From: Zancudomyces culisetae HAW-14-8
Lineage: Eukaryota; Fungi; Kickxellomycota
Assembly: GCA_052426225.1 (NCBI GenBank)
Contig: JBNJNM010000006.1
Location: forward strand, 2,232,001 to 2,296,000
Length of the DNA: 64,000 nucleotides
Direction: 5' to 3'
A program made the translations under genes and the position numbers. This document shows, piece after piece, positions 57,668 through 64,000 of this stretch (within the stretch, counting starts at the first letter, position 1; every line of letters starts with the position of its first letter). The notes under the pieces are model-generated. The model ran no database searches. It had not been told where the DNA came from and saw only the letters and a program-made list of their open reading frames with translations.

Positions 57668-60600
57668 TTTTGGCTATTATATCGCCAAAATAAATATAAA
57701 ATAAAATAAAATCGATACTATGCCAAGTCCCGTTTTATTGCGATTAAAATTTCTCGTTGGCTAACAAAATGCAAAATCTTAAATTCGGTGCCAGCTGTTC
57801 GTTATAAAGGTTACTATCCTATTGAGCTTTTTCTCTATTGCTTTCTTGCTATGAAAAAGTATACCTGAGTAATGTGTGCCCCAGAAACGGAGTAAATGTA
57901 TAGATGTCGATACAAACTCGCGGAATGGTTTCTAGATATGCCCAGTTCTATTTGTCTTTGTGTTCTAGCTCTAGAAAGGCTGCCAAGTGTATTTTTGTTA
58001 ACGTGCTGCGACCATTTTTTTCAACTATTTTTCGTGCTAACTGCATCACGAAAAAATTTGATCGATATTTTTTTACCCAATTAAATTACAGTGACACATA
58101 TAAAGATTTGACAAAACACTTGGTATTTTGCTTGGAAACACCCGGATTGCACATAAAACGCTGATCTCCGTGTCACTTTTTTCGTAAAAGTGGCCTAAAT
58201 TGCCTTGATTTATGTCCTTTGACAATTAGCACAGCTATACAACATATTCGTTGTCTATGCTCTTAAAAGAAGTAAATATATTCGAATGTGATATATAGTC
58301 TATCAGTGCAGTGTTAGTTTACAAATATTTCCAAAAAACATATATACGGATTAGGGACGGATTTTTTATTATAGTGTGAACACTAATAAAATATATTATA
58401 TTCATTTCTGCACCAACATCAGACATTTTTAAAAAGCTAGTATTTAACACCCATAAATATACCTATACAAATTTATGTCATCGATAACCACCACCACCAC
58501 CACCCTATGCATGCAATGTAATTACATGTACTTTAAAAAATAGAACAATGTTGTGTATTAGTAGTAAATAAAACAGACATCCAAATGTTTGGCTATTTTT
58601 TTTAATCCGGCAACCATGGTAATTAATGATTATATATTTTTGATACACTAGGTAAGCAGTTAGCTAAACTTATCGGACTATTATTTTTTAAAATATAGTT
58701 ATCTACACTTCAGTTGATCAGTAAGTTTTATTAATTAATTTATTTTTTGGAAAGAATTTTAATAATCCCAGAGTAATAATAAGCAAAATATGTATGCGTA
58801 TAACTTGGTCAAAAGTAGTCGCACAAAGACTCCATCTGCTGTGTTGTATGTAATGAAAATATCAAATAGTAGACACTAGTAACAGCATGATAAGCCTACA
58901 TCAATATAAAAATTGTATTTTTATTTGCCCAGCTATAATGTTGGGCTCGGCTATTTAGATTACATCTCATTTTTTACCACCCTGTACACTTTTTTTGAAA
59001 AATCAAGTACATAGAAAGAGAGAATTGGTTAATTGATTGTTAATTTACAGTGTGTGCTAAATGTCTCATTATTCTCTGAGGTGTTCACAATGAATTTAGT
59101 CTTCTTAGTTTACCCGCTCGCAACGCAAATAGAGGTCAGGGCATCACTAATTTTCCTGAGAAAATAGCTGGTATGGTTAGGTATCTTCTCAAGCTTTCAT
59201 TTAGCTAGCTCTTTGTTGATTTTTTATTTTTGATACTCATAAACCAACAGAATAAGAATGGTTTACACATGATGTATGCATGATGTACAAAGATACACTT
59301 ATGATGCCTAGTTTTTTTTTTCCTTTTTCAAATTTGCAGTTTTCTATGTGCATGGGCTTTGACAAAGCAAATTCTATTTTTACTCATAAATCCAGTCTGA
59401 AAGTGTTGTGGAGAATCTAAATATTAGATAGATAGCTACAAATAGTAATAAAAATGAGGTATATCCCATCCTTATTCTCATAAAGATAAAACGAGTTAAC
59501 TGCAAAATTATGCATGGATATGCAAAAAGAACAACTGGTTTCCATATCTACGTGTATAACCAGTGTTCATTCGATCTTTAGATATTACAACTATTACGCC
59601 TTTTCCTGATTTGCACACAGCCTGTGTTTTAACTAAGTTTCATATGATTCTATGAGCAAGAAATCGGTTTTCATGGATATTTCATGTCAAAACATTTTTT
59701 TCATGGTAAAACAGTTTTAGGCACAATGGATCCCTTGAGAATGCTCTACACAATTATGACTAGCGTCAATAAAAAATGTGTACCAAAACCTATGTCAAAA
59801 ACAGTAACCACACACCCTTATGGTTATATTTTGAACAAAGGATCCTCCTCCTCCCGGCCCACCTTGAAGCAGGATTGATCAGTGCTTTTATACGCTATAC
59901 CAACGTGACCTACACATGGTAACAAAAAAATTTCTCTTGTTCGGATTTGTTTGTGTTGCTTATAGGTGGGGCTTTGAAGGGGCAGTAGCAAATAAAGATT
60001 TATTAACCTTACAGTTTAAAATTGTTACTTTCTGAAGATGTTGAAGGATGGGGACTCACTCATAAACACCTGGTTTATTTTATTTTTAAGTGCTCGGTTT
60101 CTAAAAGCGTAAACATATCCCACATCTAATTCCACTTTGTTCACTTCTGGCCAAAAATTAAAAATTAAAAAAGTACCATTCACTTTTTTATATTTCAAGC
60201 CTATGTGACTTGCGCCCACAAAATTAAATATTGGTGAGTGGACCTAAAAAAAAAAACTAATATTCTGAGATTCTCAAATAAGCTAAATCCCTCCCCATCA
60301 ACGTTTAGTGTTGTTTAATGCCTATTCCAATTTCTAAACACACATAATTCGCCTCACGAGAGTTGTGCTTGTTTTTACTGGTGCATAAACAGCCCTAGTT
60401 CCTACTTTTTGTGGTGTATTCTCGCCCCCTCCCCAATGAGGAAACCTCTTTTTTTCTTCTTGATAAAGCCAATTACTGTGGACGGCTCTCACTGTAAGCC
60501 GCCTCGCAAGCTGCCTGAAATACAACCTCAAAGGTTACATGAAGACCTATGAGAATCACTTCGCACTGAGTTACTTGTGGTAGCTATTTTTTTTTGTTGA

Positions 60601-61732
60601 AACTAACGAGGGAGGAGAAAGGAAAGTAGCGTGGCGATTGTCCCATTATTTTAGAACCCACTTCATGCTAACTTTGGGATATGGTATCAAAAAAATGATT
60701 TGCGTATAAACTCGTTTTATAAATAAATACAAAAAGCAGAAGAGTGACAGACACACGCCAAATACACTATTGGTGTTGCGAGTAATTTCCCATCGCATTT
60801 ATTGGTCACCAGGTTTGAGCGTGGCATCCATTGTTATTATAGTTTAGCCTACAAACGTATTTACACCATAAAACTTTAAAATCAATCACTTGTAAGAGCT
60901 GTTAATAGGACAAAATAAAAACAAACAGTAATGAAGATTCAACATATACAACAGAGGTCTCAGTTTAACATGTTTGCAAATAAATCTATATATATAGAAA
61001 TACTCTGCTTAAGCAAAGATTTATGTTTTTTCTTTAATATTGGTTCACCCTTTTTCAAATTATCAATATATACTGAGAATCCTTAGTCTGTAAAGTGATC
61101 GTTGAAGCAAAAGAAAAAGCAAAGAATTGATTTTTTGTTGGTTATGATATAATACCAATATATTTTACCAAGAGCTACTCGAAAATAACTAAAGGCTTGC
61201 ATTTCAGACAACGAAAGTACTTGAAATAAAAATAAAGATATAAATAAAAAAGCTTATGCTTTTGAATAAAGGGTGGAATCAACCAAAAGCTAATAAAACG
61301 ATTTGTACATCTGCCTCGCAGCACTGAGTAAATTTAAAAGGTAAAAGAATTAACATCAAAAGGTAGATATAGTTTAATAGGAAAAAGGGGTCTACTCAAT
61401 TTATTTTGTCAGGATATACAAATAAATATTGACATTGTGCTATTATATTTTATAGGAAAACCAAGTATCAGTGAAAGTACAAAAAACTAACAGATATATG
61501 CTTAAGGTTTATAAGAAATAATTAAACTTCTTAAAACCCCTACAAAGAACAACGTAAAATTGTATCCATATAATAAAGGTACTACATTTAATTTACATAT
61601 CCCTTTGCATGCTGTGATTGCGATAAAAATCAAGTTAGATGCACTCTGGTTACATATTGAATAAAAAAAAGTACAAAATATGTGAGAACTATTCTAATAG
61701 CAAGGTTTCTGTTTACAAAATACAAATAGAAA

Positions 61733-62683
<951 letters not shown>

Positions 62684-63695
62684 ACCAAAAAACTAGATAA
62701 TGCGCTTCCCTTGTTGATTGCTGATAGTGAACATGGAGTGTGTCTCTGTCTTAGTTATGTAATATTAGTTTTATTTTTCTGATTTATCACTCAGTATACC
62801 ACCTCATGCTTGCTCTAAATACTTTCTTTTTTATACAAATGGAGCCATAGGACCGGCCCATTAATTAGAGATGTATTAGTTCTTGTACAATATGATTAAA
62901 TAAAAGAGTTAAAAACGTAAATAATTCCAAATGTGGATGTTGTGAACACAAGTAATATCTGAATAAACAGATCCTACCAAGAATCAAAAAAAAAAGGCGG
63001 AGGAGTGTATTATCCCAACCACGATGTGTAGATCTAACCGAGTATTCACATGAGTAATGGCAAAACTAATTTATCCTCAGGCAGTTTATGTACACCCAAA
63101 CTAAGCCTTGATGGGCTAGCTCAAGACGACAATCTTGGTGTTATTTATTCTGTTATGGGTATTGATGCTTGCTAGCTCAGTCTCCAAGTAATAGTTGCGA
63201 CACCTTTTTTCATTTTCGTAGGTCAACTGATCAAAGTTATAAAGCTTTTCTCGATTAATCTTAATAATAATTGTGCATACAGTGATCCTTCACACAAAAA
63301 AATTTTTTTTATAGCTTTTATTGTTGGTGTCCTGATATTTTTCAAATGAAATGTGGTATAATGCAGATTTATAATTAGCATCCAATGTTATCGTAGAATT
63401 CAGTCTAGCGAATAATTCTTTAAAACCTTTATCTATTTTCTCAATATTCAGTTTGCACTAAACAGCAAATGAAATGCATTTTCAAGAAAATAGCTGGAAA
63501 AAAAAATAACATTAAAAAAAACCAGGAGCTGGCCTTTGAGGTTAGATAAAGCCTATATAGCGTTTTTAAAATCTGCTTAAAAACCGCAAAATACCTATAA
63601 AAAACTAATCTTGATTCAAGATAGGCAATAACAACCTTTGAACATCTGTGTCAAAATATCAAAAGAGAAAAAGAATCCTCTGCGAGAATCCGAAG

Positions 63696-64000
63696 ATGGC
63701 AAATACTATATTCAGATCGCTCTATAACACCTTTTTCAGAAGAGAATCATCATATTTCACCACCATTGTGATTGGAGGAGTAGCGTTTTCAATGTGCTTC
63801 TCAAATGTATTCGATAAGGTTTGGGATAACACTCATAAGGTATGACTTGTGTATAATTCTTGCGTTTTCTTTTGTTTCACATTTATTTATTCTATAAAAT
63901 CAACTATTTTGATCAAAGGAAAGTATAAACTAATTTAAAAAATAAATAAAAATAGACACAATGGAAAGATGTAAAGCACAGATTTATCAAGGATGAATAA
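63696..64000 (+). CDS. QCR9: Cytochrome bc1 complex subunit 9; exons 63696-63839 and 63956-64000
   Basis: LYNTFFRRESSY, one TM helix, WDNTHK|TQWKDVKHRFIKDE*. Confidence 0.88.

Overview
AT-rich, intron-containing fungal DNA; the gene set suggests an early-diverging lineage such as Zoopagomycota/Harpellales, which is inference only. Bases 1-17008 are an almost gap-free stack of eight Ty3/gypsy-type LTR insertions from about seven LTR families: three coding elements (A 1-3388, B 3392-8672, F 11173-16541) and five solo LTRs (C, D, C', E, G). They are separated by only 3-8 nt, and the stack ends 8 nt upstream of a tRNA-Ala(AGC)/tRNA-Lys(CTT) pair. Overlapping 4-bp target-site duplications (TSDs) let the insertion order be read: one arm grew rightwards at the tRNA 5' end and a mirror arm grew leftwards, which predicts a second Pol III gene beyond the left edge. 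The rest of the window holds host genes: Yrb30-like Ran-binding protein, tandem CCCH zinc-finger protein, carnosine N-methyltransferase, Cla4-type PAK kinase, a coiled-coil protein, ALG12, an OPT transporter, a YFH7-like kinase, CPA2, an acidic protein, QCR9, and a five-exon FAM72 homolog missed by the ORF track.
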